Assembly (NCBI GenBank): GCA_050250255.1
Contig: JBFWOZ010000021.1
Coordinates: 1 to 51,582 of the forward strand
DNA: 51,582 bases
Direction: 5' to 3'
From: Bdellovibrionales bacterium
GTDB taxonomy: Bacteria > Bdellovibrionota > Bdellovibrionia > Bdellovibrionales > DASUEL01
A program made the translations under genes and the position numbers. The notes below the pieces were generated by a model, which was not told the DNA's origin, ran no database searches, and saw only the letters and a program-made list of their open reading frames with translations. Positions 1-8,419 of the stretch are shown one piece after another. How positions within the stretch are numbered: the stretch's first letter is position 1; each line of letters starts with the position of its first letter.

Positions 1-730
1 GAGTGAACTCTAAGCTCGTGAGCACCACGGTCGCAGGACCAAGCGGCAGAGTCGCCGGAAGCCTGGAACTCTGATGAAGCCATTCCGTCACGTTCACTCG
101 ATCGTTAAAAAGTTGAAACCTCACCGCAGGAAAACCACGTTCGCCTTCGGTGTTTGTTTGTGGCTCTACCTCTGTCTTTTGAACCGCGTATGGAATGAAG
201 CGAGTCACTTTTAAATTTTCGTTACCGACTTGGATTTCAAAGGGATATTTTTCTGGAGGACTCGTGAGAAAATCGATCTCTCTAAAGAAATGAGGAAGAA
301 AGCGCAGCTCTTCTGTCGATTTATAAACTTTAAACTCGGTTTCGGTCAGGGAAACCATCCGACTGGTTTCACCTATGCCAAAAAACATGGACCCATCAAC
401 GCCATAACGAGCGGTCAAAACAGAACCAAAAAGGACAAAAATAATTCCTGAATGGGTGACAATGAAGCCCGTGTGCTTTTTCTTCCACGGATAACGATGA
501 AGAACGGAAACCACAAGGTTGATCACCAAAAGAACCATGATGAGCTTCATGTAGGGTGAGTAATAGACAAGCTTTTGGGCGGTTTCAGCGTTGTAACGAG
601 CTTCGACGACCGTTCCGATCGCAGCCACGACTCCCAAAGAAAGAACGATAAAAACGGCAAGCCCTAAAGATCCCATAGTTCGGTAGATCTTCTTATAAAT
701 CTTTTTAATTGAACCCTTAAGGGAATCCAT
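1..730 (-). CDS. Cytochrome c biogenesis protein ResB/Ccs1-like, N-terminal part (runs off the window's left edge)
   Basis: Not in the ORF track; translated by hand from ATG at 730: MDSLKGSIKKIYKKIYRTMGSLGLAVFIVLSLGVVAAIGTVVEARYNAETAQKLVYYSPYMKLIMVLLVINLVVSVLHRYPWKKKHTGFIVTHSGIIFVLFGSVLTARYGVDGSM..., open to base 1. Three N-terminal TM helices, AAIGT and G-F-x-x-T-H-x-G match ResB-family N-termini. Confidence 0.8.
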   Translation of the reverse strand, partial: MDSLKGSIKKIYKKIYRTMGSLGLAVFIVLSLGVVAAIGTVVEARYNAETAQKLVYYSPYMKLIMVLLVINLVVSVLHRYPWKKKHTGFIVTHSGIIFVLFGSVLTARYGVDGSMFFGIGETSRMVSLTETEFKVYKSTEELRFLPHFFREIDFLTSPPEKYPFEIQVGNENLKVTRFIPYAVQKTEVEPQTNTEGERGFPAVRFQLFNDRVNVTEWLHQSSRLPATLPLGPATVVLTSLEFT

Positions 731-887
731 TTTTGCTAGCCTTTTGATGTATTCGGGCGACGCTAACACGATTTTATGGGGGTGGCAAAAAAAGCGACGA
801 AATTTAAGGAATTCTTTAACCCAATTTGAGGGGTCATACCGTCCAATCCATGAGGCATTTGGCAAGGTGCCTCATCGGTTCCTCCAC

Positions 888-925
888 AAATGCCCGAGAG
901 CAAAACTCTCGGGCATTTAATTTTT
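888..925 (+). terminator. Rho-independent terminator-like hairpin
   Basis: Perfect 13-bp stem aaatgcccgagag (888-900) / ctctcgggcattt (906-918), loop caaaa, followed by aattttt. Confidence 0.6.
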
Positions 926-1086
926 CAGGGCTTAGAAACCGGCACCCAGTCGTCACGCAGGAAGTCAAAAGTCTTGAACCCTTAAAGCGACCTATAACTT
1001 CCTCGTTTTCATTCAAAAAACTTTACTAACCCCAGGTGTCCCCCGAAACGAGTTTTTACACCAATGATCACTTGCGAACCTCCGTC

Positions 1087-1232
1087 TGCAGAATTTCGCA
1101 ATACGGCTAAGGAGAATCCAATAAAGAAAAGTCTTTCGAAAACTTCGATAACTGTTCAAGCAAGATCGGAATTGGAAAAGTTGAAGTTGTGCATTTATAA
1201 CATTCTCCTTAGCCGTATTGCGAAATTCTGCA
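1087..1232. repeat. Perfect 31-bp inverted repeat with 84-bp spacer (REPIN/MITE/inverton-like, 146 bp)
   Basis: tgcagaatttcgcaatacggctaaggagaat (1087-1117) is the exact reverse complement of attctccttagccgtattgcgaaattctgca (1202-1232). Confidence 0.9.
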
Positions 1233-1304
1233 TGTGAACGTCTCAGGCTTTACCCTCGCGGGCGGAGGAACACTTCAGGTCAAAATATAATATAGCTGAA
1301 AGTA

Positions 1305-1333
1305 TTGACTTTTTATGGGCCTAAAGTTACAAA
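1305..1333 (+). promoter_or_regulatory. Sigma70-type promoter, probably giving a leaderless transposase mRNA
   Basis: TTGACT (1305-1310) - 17 bp - TACAAA (1328-1333); predicted +1 falls at about the ATG at 1340; no Shine-Dalgarno upstream. Confidence 0.5.
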
Positions 1334-1339
1334 CTTCAC

Positions 1340-1867
1340 ATGAGTCGCCGCCAATTCAAACTTTTCAAGCAAGATTCAACCTCTTTTGGAGGCAGTCTTT
1401 TTACGGGAAATGCCCGAGAGAAGAGGCCTTTTTCACGTAAATGTGTGACCCATGCCGTGATGCGGTCAAAACATGCTATAGGCAGCTGGTCCATGCTGCA
1501 GCCGAAGAATAAGAAGTATATTGATTCGAAGATTCGATACTTTGCGAAGAAGTTTTATGTGGATTTAAAACGTCTTGAGAATGTCGGAAATCATTTACAC
1601 CTCGTGATTCAAGCTCCTACACGAGAAGCTCAGGCGAATTTCTTAAGAACGATTAGTGCGCTCATCAGTCGACATATAATGGGAGCTCATAAAGGAAGTC
1701 CCACGAAGATTCAAAAGTTTTGGGATGCGAAACCCTTTACGAAACTTGTGAAATGGGCGATTCAGTATCCTAGACTTATGAAGTACATGGCTTATAATTC
1801 TCTTGAAGCGATTGGGTTTTCTAAGCAGGGCGCGAAAGAGTATCTTGCGCTGTTCTCAACTTCGTAG
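1340..1867 (+). CDS. HUH-family Y1 tyrosine transposase (IS200/IS605 TnpA or REP-associated RAYT-like)
   Basis: 175 aa; N-terminal H-x-V-M-R, HUH motif GNHLHLVI, FW-x-x-K-P-F and C-terminal Y-M-x-x-N carrying the putative catalytic Tyr. Confidence 0.85.
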   Translation: MSRRQFKLFKQDSTSFGGSLFTGNAREKRPFSRKCVTHAVMRSKHAIGSWSMLQPKNKKYIDSKIRYFAKKFYVDLKRLENVGNHLHLVIQAPTREAQANFLRTISALISRHIMGAHKGSPTKIQKFWDAKPFTKLVKWAIQYPRLMKYMAYNSLEAIGFSKQGAKEYLALFSTS

Positions 1868-1883
1868 CTGTCTCGTCTGTAAT

Positions 1884-2171
1884 TTAGTGAGTATCGAACT
1901 CACCACGGCTCCACTCGTTGGGGCCTTTATGGTTAATGACTTGCGGACCCGATTGAAGAGTCGCGCGGTAGATGTGGCGAATGTCGATCCAACGCTTGGA
2001 TTCGACAAGACTCAATAAAACGGTCATTTCTTTAAACCCGCTCTTAAAATGGAAAGCCTGCTCTTTTTGAGAAAAACTCACGCTACATCCATCAAGTTCT
2101 AAAAAATCAAGAACCGCTTGAGCTTTGCCTTTAAGAATCTCTGTCCACTCGCCATTGAACATGTTCGCCAT
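1884..2171 (-). CDS. Hypothetical protein
   Basis: 95 aa ORF with G-rich SD-like sequence upstream; no recognisable motif. Confidence 0.5.
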   Translation of the reverse strand: MANMFNGEWTEILKGKAQAVLDFLELDGCSVSFSQKEQAFHFKSGFKEMTVLLSLVESKRWIDIRHIYRATLQSGPQVINHKGPNEWSRGEFDTH

Positions 2172-2276
2172 TCCAACATCCCCTTTTTTTCAGTTCTCAA
2201 ATCATGGCTGAAGTTTTTAACCAATTCAACCATTGCTGATTCACTGCGACAAGCAAAGGGTGCCAGGCATCTTTTG

Positions 2277-3506
2277 TTATTTGATTTGGCGTTTGAGCCA
2301 GGATTCGGCTCGGGGTTTTGAGTTTAAAAGTCCTTCTAATTGTAAATCCATGGCTTGTAGGAGGAGTTGTCCCATTAACGGGCCTGGTGGAACGCCTACA
2401 TTTTTTAAATCTTCGCCGGTTAAAAATGGTGGCGGTAGTTCGAGCGGCAAAGTTTTGAGTTCAGCAACAAGTTTTTCTACCGGATACAAAACTGCCGTTC
2501 TTTCAAGAAACATCAAAAAAGGCTGACGATACTGAGCCACGGCCCGACGTTTTTGCGCAAGTGTTGTAGGATGAAGACTCATTTCCCAAAACGTTTTCAC
2601 AAAGCCTACAACTTCGGCCTTTAAGGCATTTGAAACTTTCCAACGTTTTAACAAAGCCTCGCCCGCAGAAAAGTTTTTTCGATGCGTATCATAGGCATGC
2701 ATAAGGAAGAGGCTAAATAAAACACCTTCGTGATCGGTCTTAGGATCGCCAATCAATTCAAAAATCTTTTTTGTTCTCTCCCAATAAAAAGTGGGTTCTA
2801 ACTGCGCGAGTTCTGGAACCGTCACTGCGAGAAGCCCTGTCTCTTGAAGCAGCTTAAGGCCAACTGAAACTTGAGGACTTTTTAAAAGCTTCCACATTTC
2901 ATCAAACACTCGCTCTTCAGAAACTTGCGCCACTGTTTTTGAAAGCGCTTTCATCGCGGCGTAAGTTGGCGGATCAATTTTGTAACCGAGCTGTGCCGCA
3001 AATCTCACACCTCTTAAAATCCGCAAACGATCTTCACCAAATCGTACTTCGGGTTTTCCAACACATCGTAAAAGACCAGCCTGTAAATCTTGGCGACCGG
3101 CTACGAAATCATGAATCTGTTTTGTGACGGGATCATAGAAGAGTGCGTTGACCGTAAAGTCGCGGCGCTTGGCATCTTCTTCAGGCGTCGAAAACTCTAC
3201 CTTATCGGGTCTACGACCATCCTGGTAAGTCCCATCTCTTCGAAAAGTCGCCACTTCTACCTGAAAGCCTTCAAATGGTAAAACAATGACCCCAAAGGCT
3301 TTCCCCACATCGACGGATTTTGGGAAGATTTTTTGTACTTGATCGGGAGTCGCATCGGTTGCGACATCAAAGTCTTGCGGAGAAACATTTCGTATGGCAT
3401 CACGAACACATCCCCCGGCCAGCCAGGCTTTAAACTTATGTTGATTCAGCGTCTGGCAAACTTTTAAAACGGAAGGCCAATGAGGATGTTGTTCAAAGAC
3501 TTTCAT
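2277..3506 (-). CDS. cca: tRNA nucleotidyltransferase (CCA-adding enzyme, class II)
   Basis: AGGCVRD, DFDVAT, EVATFR with flexible loop YQDGRRP, RRDFTVNAL and EDRLR motifs; lacks the poly(A) polymerase signature. Confidence 0.9.
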   Translation of the reverse strand: MKVFEQHPHWPSVLKVCQTLNQHKFKAWLAGGCVRDAIRNVSPQDFDVATDATPDQVQKIFPKSVDVGKAFGVIVLPFEGFQVEVATFRRDGTYQDGRRPDKVEFSTPEEDAKRRDFTVNALFYDPVTKQIHDFVAGRQDLQAGLLRCVGKPEVRFGEDRLRILRGVRFAAQLGYKIDPPTYAAMKALSKTVAQVSEERVFDEMWKLLKSPQVSVGLKLLQETGLLAVTVPELAQLEPTFYWERTKKIFELIGDPKTDHEGVLFSLFLMHAYDTHRKNFSAGEALLKRWKVSNALKAEVVGFVKTFWEMSLHPTTLAQKRRAVAQYRQPFLMFLERTAVLYPVEKLVAELKTLPLELPPPFLTGEDLKNVGVPPGPLMGQLLLQAMDLQLEGLLNSKPRAESWLKRQIK

Positions 3507-4617
3507 GAGTCTTTCATTTAATCGGAGAAGAAAAGTTTTGTCATCACAGTCTTTTATAGAAAAAATTTTTCGTGCTCACGGGCTCGAACATTTTGGCCTG
3601 GTGCCATTAGAAACACCTTCCACGCTCAACCACTATGTGTCGTGGCTTCAAAATGGCTACGCCGCCACGATGGATTATTTGGCAGAGCAGCTCGAAGAAA
3701 GATCTTCGCCAAAAAGTTTCTTTCCACAAGCACGCTCAAGTTTTGTGGTCGCAATCCCCTACCTCTCTCACCCAAATCAAAAACATTTAAGTCATTTACC
3801 TGTCGCCATTTACGCGCAAGGAAAGGACTACCACAATTGGGTTCGCCGCCGCCTTGAAGCCATCGTGAAGGATCTCTCCCAAGAATTTCCAAACGAAGAA
3901 TTCTTATGTTTCGCAGACTCTGCACCCATCATGGAAAGAGATCTCGCTCATCGTGCAGGAATTGGTTGGGTGGGGAAAAATTCTTGTCTCATCAATGAAC
4001 AAATTGGGAGCTTCTTTTTTATTGGAGAAATCTACACCACTCTCGAAATGGAAATGAAGTTGGATGTCCCGGTGGATCGCTGCGGGACTTGCACTCGTTG
4101 CATCGACATCTGCCCCACTGACGCATTTGTCGAACCGCGAGTGCTCGACGCCACAAAATGTCTCTCCTATTGGACCATTGAAGCTCGTGATGAAATGCCC
4201 ATTCCTATCCGTACAAAATCAAGCTGGTATTTTGGTTGCGATCTTTGCCAAACTGTTTGCCCGTGGAACTCGAAACCACTGCAACAAGTGGTTCACCTAA
4301 AAGAATCCAAGTGGCAATGGGGTGTACCAGGGCGCGCGACGATGGAAGATCAAATGAGCGAAAACCGAAATGAAGTTGTTACAGAACTTCGTGATCTTCT
4401 GAATTCTAGTAACAGCCAAATTGAAAAACGATTTGAAAGAACGGCTCTCATGCGTGCGAAGGCCCATCATCACCGTAATAATGCGCTCACTCTCATTGCA
4501 TACTATAAACTTCATGAATTAACAGCCGAAGTGACTCTCTATCTTGAAAAGCCTAGGCATAAAGTACTCGCTCAATGGACGCTCGAGCAACTTCAAACAC
4601 CTAACCAAATGACATGA
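3505..4617 (+). CDS. queG: Epoxyqueuosine reductase
   Basis: YAQGKDYH, DSAPIMER, AGIGWVGKN, CGTCTRCIDICPT, CLSYWTIE and FGCDLCQTVCPWN. True start may be TTG 3538. Confidence 0.93.
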   Translation: MSLSFNRRRKVLSSQSFIEKIFRAHGLEHFGLVPLETPSTLNHYVSWLQNGYAATMDYLAEQLEERSSPKSFFPQARSSFVVAIPYLSHPNQKHLSHLPVAIYAQGKDYHNWVRRRLEAIVKDLSQEFPNEEFLCFADSAPIMERDLAHRAGIGWVGKNSCLINEQIGSFFFIGEIYTTLEMEMKLDVPVDRCGTCTRCIDICPTDAFVEPRVLDATKCLSYWTIEARDEMPIPIRTKSSWYFGCDLCQTVCPWNSKPLQQVVHLKESKWQWGVPGRATMEDQMSENRNEVVTELRDLLNSSNSQIEKRFERTALMRAKAHHHRNNALTLIAYYKLHELTAEVTLYLEKPRHKVLAQWTLEQLQTPNQMT

Positions 4618-5321
4618 TTTTTTACTAACGAAGCGATGGCTTTTTGAACATCGGGCGTTTCGCTTCCCACCAGGACTCGCTGACAATTTTGAACGATGTC
4701 GTCTTCCGTAAATGCGTTTTCTAAAAGAAGGTCGATCACCGCTGCTTGTAAAAGATTCGCCTCAGTGATTTCCACCTTAAATTTTTCTGGATCTCGAGAG
4801 AGGATAAGTAGTTCGGCTTCGGGTTCGGGCTCAACATTTTCGGGTAAGGTTTCAGGTGCACTTTCGTCCAACATCATATCCCAGTAAAATTGGTACACCC
4901 GATGTTCAAAACGAAAAATTTTCGTCACGGGATTGAGTGCGTAGCAACCGGGCCTTACTTTTTGTCTCTCCACTTTTTCAACCGTGGGATCTATCGGCAC
5001 CCAATGCAAAGTCCATTCGAACTCGGCGAGCTCCGCCAAATAACGTGGAACTTTTCGCAGCCTTACTCTTTCTTTTAAAAAGAGCGGAAAAAGTGAACAT
5101 GAAAATTCCAAACTCCAATGGGCTTGCGGAAACTCAGCCCAATAATCGAGCATGAGTGGAGAGAAAGCTTCGCGTAGGCATTTTTTTGTGAGCGGATAAC
5201 GATCGGCCAAAACTTTTTCGTGTTCTTTGATCCAGTTCATGAGCCAAGAAGGCGAGTTCTCCTGCTGAAAGAGAGTGACGGCTTCTAACATTTGATCTCG
5301 AAATTTTTCAAAGGGGTTCAT
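4593..5321 (-). CDS. DUF2063 / HvfC-like partner protein of DUF692 (MNIO) enzymes
   Basis: L-x-x-R-Y-P-L-T, F-P-x-F-L, Y-L-A-E-L-A-E-F-E-W and L-N-P motifs typical of DUF2063 proteins; ATGA overlap with the upstream DUF692-like gene. Confidence 0.7.
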   Translation of the reverse strand: MNPFEKFRDQMLEAVTLFQQENSPSWLMNWIKEHEKVLADRYPLTKKCLREAFSPLMLDYWAEFPQAHWSLEFSCSLFPLFLKERVRLRKVPRYLAELAEFEWTLHWVPIDPTVEKVERQKVRPGCYALNPVTKIFRFEHRVYQFYWDMMLDESAPETLPENVEPEPEAELLILSRDPEKFKVEITEANLLQAAVIDLLLENAFTEDDIVQNCQRVLVGSETPDVQKAIASLVKNHVIWLGV

Positions 5322-6004
5322 GGATGCCCCCAGTAGATTTGCTCTGAGATCGCGTGGACGCGTCCTTTTTGTGAGACATGCCCTTTTCTTAAGAGAAGCG
5401 GCCGTTCCGCGCCCCAGGCATCTACCTCGGCAACCTGTTCTGAATCTTCAATAACCACGTAGGCTAATGGCAAAGTTTTTAAAATATTCAAATCGCGTGA
5501 AAGCTCTCGTCCATATTCTTGATAGGTTTGTTTTAAATTTTCGTAATTCAAAACAAGAGGCAAAGCGGACTCTTCGCTGATTTCTTTTAGAAAGCGCAGT
5601 GAATCCATGTATTGCGAAAGCCCCAGGTTAGCGTGAGAGATGTTTTCTATGCGTATGGGACATTCAAAAAAATGTTTCAGCCTTAAGAGCCTTTCGACCA
5701 CGAGTTTTTTGATTTGGGGCGAATGCGCTGCAGGAAACATACGCCCTAGATACACGCCCTTATGAAAACAAAACCCGAGAGATACGTGCAAAGCTTTGAT
5801 CGAAGAGGACTTTACAAAGTCCCGTAAGCTTTTTAGGTAAAGTGAGTCCGCGTCTTCGCTCCCCGCGACCGAAAGTTGCGTCGCCCGTGCGTACAGAGAA
5901 TATTTTTGGAGTTCTTCGAGCTCTTGTTGGCGCTTTCCACCCAAACCTAAATATTTTTCAGCAACAAGTTCAATAGCAGAAAAGTTTTGGCTGACGTTTT
6001 TCAT
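5318..6004 (-). CDS. Degenerate DUF692 / multinuclear non-heme iron oxidase (MNIO; MbnB/TglH/ChrH-like) family protein
   Basis: Family scaffold recognisable (E-L-V-A-E-K-Y-L-x-x-G-G, LSVAG, YLKSL, PIRIENIS, FLKEI, LVLNYEN), but the expected iron ligands are mostly substituted. Start taken at ATG 6004 (ATGA overlap with the SRPBCC stop). Confidence 0.65.
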   Translation of the reverse strand: MKNVSQNFSAIELVAEKYLGLGGKRQQELEELQKYSLYARATQLSVAGSEDADSLYLKSLRDFVKSSSIKALHVSLGFCFHKGVYLGRMFPAAHSPQIKKLVVERLLRLKHFFECPIRIENISHANLGLSQYMDSLRFLKEISEESALPLVLNYENLKQTYQEYGRELSRDLNILKTLPLAYVVIEDSEQVAEVDAWGAERPLLLRKGHVSQKGRVHAISEQIYWGHP

Positions 6005-6483
6005 TTGCGGTGTGGCACATGTTGGTGAGAAATCAAATCTTGAATTTTTTCGTGACGACGATTTAAGAGTCGTTCCCACTCTCGTTTCAGATAAAGATCA
6101 TCCATCAAACAACCAAGTACTCCAAGCGGCATGCGATATTCTAAATGATCTGTAAGACGTGTCGTTTTTTCGCCGTGGTCCTCAAGAGTTTGAGTGAGCA
6201 GCCACTCATCAAAAGGTCCTACGACTTGGCTTAAAATCACCTGCTCACCCATAACGACCTTATCGATTTTGAAGCCCCAGTTCGAACTGAAGCCCAAACG
6301 AGTCAGACGGAATTTGATTTCGGTCTTTTCTTTTAAAGGACCTGACTCTAAAAGTTCAGAGTAAAAATCTGGCGGAAGACCTCTTTCCCAGGCTTCTTCT
6401 TGAAAAAGAAATCGAAAAAGCTCATCGCGAGAGATTTGAAAAACCGATGTGTGTTTAACGAAAGCCACAAGACTCCTCTTCAC
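6001..6483 (-). CDS. SRPBCC (START/polyketide cyclase-like) domain protein
   Basis: Q-x-x-GPF-x-x-W, T-R-L-T-D-x-x-E-Y-x-x-P-x-G-x-L-G and R-H C-terminus typical of the SRPBCC_3 subgroup. Confidence 0.85.
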   Translation of the reverse strand: MKRSLVAFVKHTSVFQISRDELFRFLFQEEAWERGLPPDFYSELLESGPLKEKTEIKFRLTRLGFSSNWGFKIDKVVMGEQVILSQVVGPFDEWLLTQTLEDHGEKTTRLTDHLEYRMPLGVLGCLMDDLYLKREWERLLNRRHEKIQDLISHQHVPHRK

Positions 6484-6583
6484 TCATCCTCACCCTGACT
6501 AATGCAACCGGTCAAGGACCTTCTGTTTCTTTTGACGCCCCTGCCGTTCAAGACTAAAAACTACGACACTCCTGGAGGGATGA

Positions 6584-7216
6584 ATGGGGATACGCTTCCT
6601 CTTTATTATTGCGCTAACGACTGGAACCGTGATTCCTGCTCACGCCAATTGGCTCAATCCCTTTTCCTTTTTTACTTCAAAGGCTTTTACCACTCTGTAT
6701 GAACAACCCATTGAAGGCAGAATCGTTCGCTACCCACAAGACTTCGATGTTTACATTCAGTTAAATGACACTCCAAATATTTTGCCCATCCGCAGCCCTT
6801 ATCGCGAAAGCCAAGCCGATCTTGAACATCTTGAGGCTGGTGATTGGATTTCGGGCCGTGGCTTCATCGCAGATGGTTATGTGCGTTTAGAATCTTTGGA
6901 ACTCATCGGCATTCGAAAAATTCTAGGCAAATGGAATGAACTCTCCGACAGAAGCGTTTTTCATTTCCAAGATTTTAATTCGCTCTCCGTCGAATACTTA
7001 AGCAACAACAATAAAAGCATCGAGCGCTTTAAATACCGCCTCGCTCCAGACAAAAAAGACGAATGGACTGTATTTTTATCAGAACCCACTGGCGTTCATC
7101 TTGGAAGCATTCAATATTTGCAGAACAAAATGCTCTTCCATTTAATCGACGTGTCGACGGGCAAAATTGTACAAACTTTTGACTTATCAGCTCTTAAGTT
7201 TCCTGTACGACGCTAA
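6584..7216 (+). CDS. Secreted hypothetical protein
   Basis: GGAGG SD; signal peptide ending AHA; 210 aa. Confidence 0.7.
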   Translation: MGIRFLFIIALTTGTVIPAHANWLNPFSFFTSKAFTTLYEQPIEGRIVRYPQDFDVYIQLNDTPNILPIRSPYRESQADLEHLEAGDWISGRGFIADGYVRLESLELIGIRKILGKWNELSDRSVFHFQDFNSLSVEYLSNNNKSIERFKYRLAPDKKDEWTVFLSEPTGVHLGSIQYLQNKMLFHLIDVSTGKIVQTFDLSALKFPVRR

Positions 7217-7267
7217 GCTTGCCGACAAACTTAGCGATAAAACTTGTCCATCCCCGGCACTTGGTGA

Positions 7268-8419
7268 ATGATAGACCCTGTGAAAACTCAACAGCTCATA
7301 CAAGAAATCTTTTCGCAACCAACGGCTCCTTTTCGAGAGGGTTGGGTTTTACAAAAAATCACGCACATTTTAGATCAAAGCAAAGTTCCTTATTTTGAAG
7401 ATGATTTTGGAAACATCATAGCGGGCGTAAGCAACGTGGCTCAGGCCAGAAAAGCCAAAGTCGCCTTTATGGCGCACACGGATCATCCTGGTTTTCACGT
7501 GGTCTCTCAAAAAGGACTCCAAGTAGATGCCTTATGGCTTGGAGGGGCTCCTTTCAACACCATGAAGGGTTCTCAAGTTCGTATCTATAATCCCACGGCG
7601 CCTGGACAAACCATTACCGGCAAAGTCACTTACATTTCTCCCGTTCGTACGCATCACGAAGGAATCCCGATCAAAATTCGTTTGTATAAAAAAACGGAGC
7701 TTCACTCGGCATGTTTTGGCGCTTTTGATTTCCCGGGCGTGAAATTTAAAGGGGATCAAATCATCACTCGCGCAGCCGATGATTTAGCGGGTGTGGTGAT
7801 TGCTCTTGGTGCGATCATCGATGCTAAAAAAATGAAGCTCATGGGAAAATCCATCGCCGTACTTACCCGTGCGGAAGAAGTGGGATTTATCGGCTGTCTC
7901 GCACTTATGAAAAAGAAACTTCTCTCCTCTAACACAGCGATTGTCTCTTTAGAAGCTTCCAAAACTCTCGATGGCGCTCTGATCGGTGAAGGCCCCGTGC
8001 TTCGTTTAGGAGACCGCACCACTCTTTTTCACACCGACTTCAGCAATCAAATGTGGCAAGTAGCATTGGCTCTCGCCAAAAAGACTTCGTCGTTTCGTTT
8101 TCAAAGACGCATTATGGACGGCGGGTCTTGTGAAGCCACAGCCCTTGGCCTTTACGGATACATCACCTCTGGGATGTCTGTACCTCTCGGGAATTATCAT
8201 AATCAAGGACCGAAGGGCCCAGGCCCCGAAATGATTTCGTTAAGAGATGTGGAACGTGCGCGTCTTTTTTGTACCGAACTAGTAAAACACTACAAGGGAC
8301 CAAAACAGTGGAGCAAAAAGTTTCAGGCACTTATTGAAAAAGATTTGAAGTATTTAAAACCAAAACTTCACAAGCCAGGACTTGCTATTTTTGATGGGCA
8401 ACTCGAGAAAAACTCATGA
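7268..8419 (+). CDS. M20/M42-family (M20/M25/M40) metallohydrolase/peptidase
   Basis: D-x-F-G-N, AHTDHPG, RAADD, RAEEVG, GGSCEA and NYH metal-binding motifs. Confidence 0.85.
   Translation: MIDPVKTQQLIQEIFSQPTAPFREGWVLQKITHILDQSKVPYFEDDFGNIIAGVSNVAQARKAKVAFMAHTDHPGFHVVSQKGLQVDALWLGGAPFNTMKGSQVRIYNPTAPGQTITGKVTYISPVRTHHEGIPIKIRLYKKTELHSACFGAFDFPGVKFKGDQIITRAADDLAGVVIALGAIIDAKKMKLMGKSIAVLTRAEEVGFIGCLALMKKKLLSSNTAIVSLEASKTLDGALIGEGPVLRLGDRTTLFHTDFSNQMWQVALALAKKTSSFRFQRRIMDGGSCEATALGLYGYITSGMSVPLGNYHNQGPKGPGPEMISLRDVERARLFCTELVKHYKGPKQWSKKFQALIEKDLKYLKPKLHKPGLAIFDGQLEKNS

Noticed and set aside
230..451. ORF-track 73-aa + strand ORF
   Set aside because: Antisense shadow of the ResB-like gene. 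The same applies to most short ORFs nested in longer genes, e.g. 15349-15729, 25893-26330, 37589-37966 and 44776-45165.
709..985. 12-mer ttgaacccttaa repeated at 709-720 and 974-985
   Set aside because: One copy lies within the ResB coding sequence; short and AT-rich, with no further copies or spacing pattern.
826..1029. 67-aa (+) and 60-aa (-) ORFs over the hairpin region
   Set aside because: No SD or protein motif; the sequence is better explained by RNA/DNA secondary structure.
2252..2265. Sigma54-like TGGCAC-CC-TTTGCT on the minus strand
   Set aside because: GG-to-GC spacing is 8 nt instead of the required 10.
2277..3506. Poly(A) polymerase (pcnB) or CC-only enzyme call
   Set aside because: The PAP signature is absent and the flexible loop needed for A-addition is present; an A-only enzyme cannot be excluded without phylogeny.
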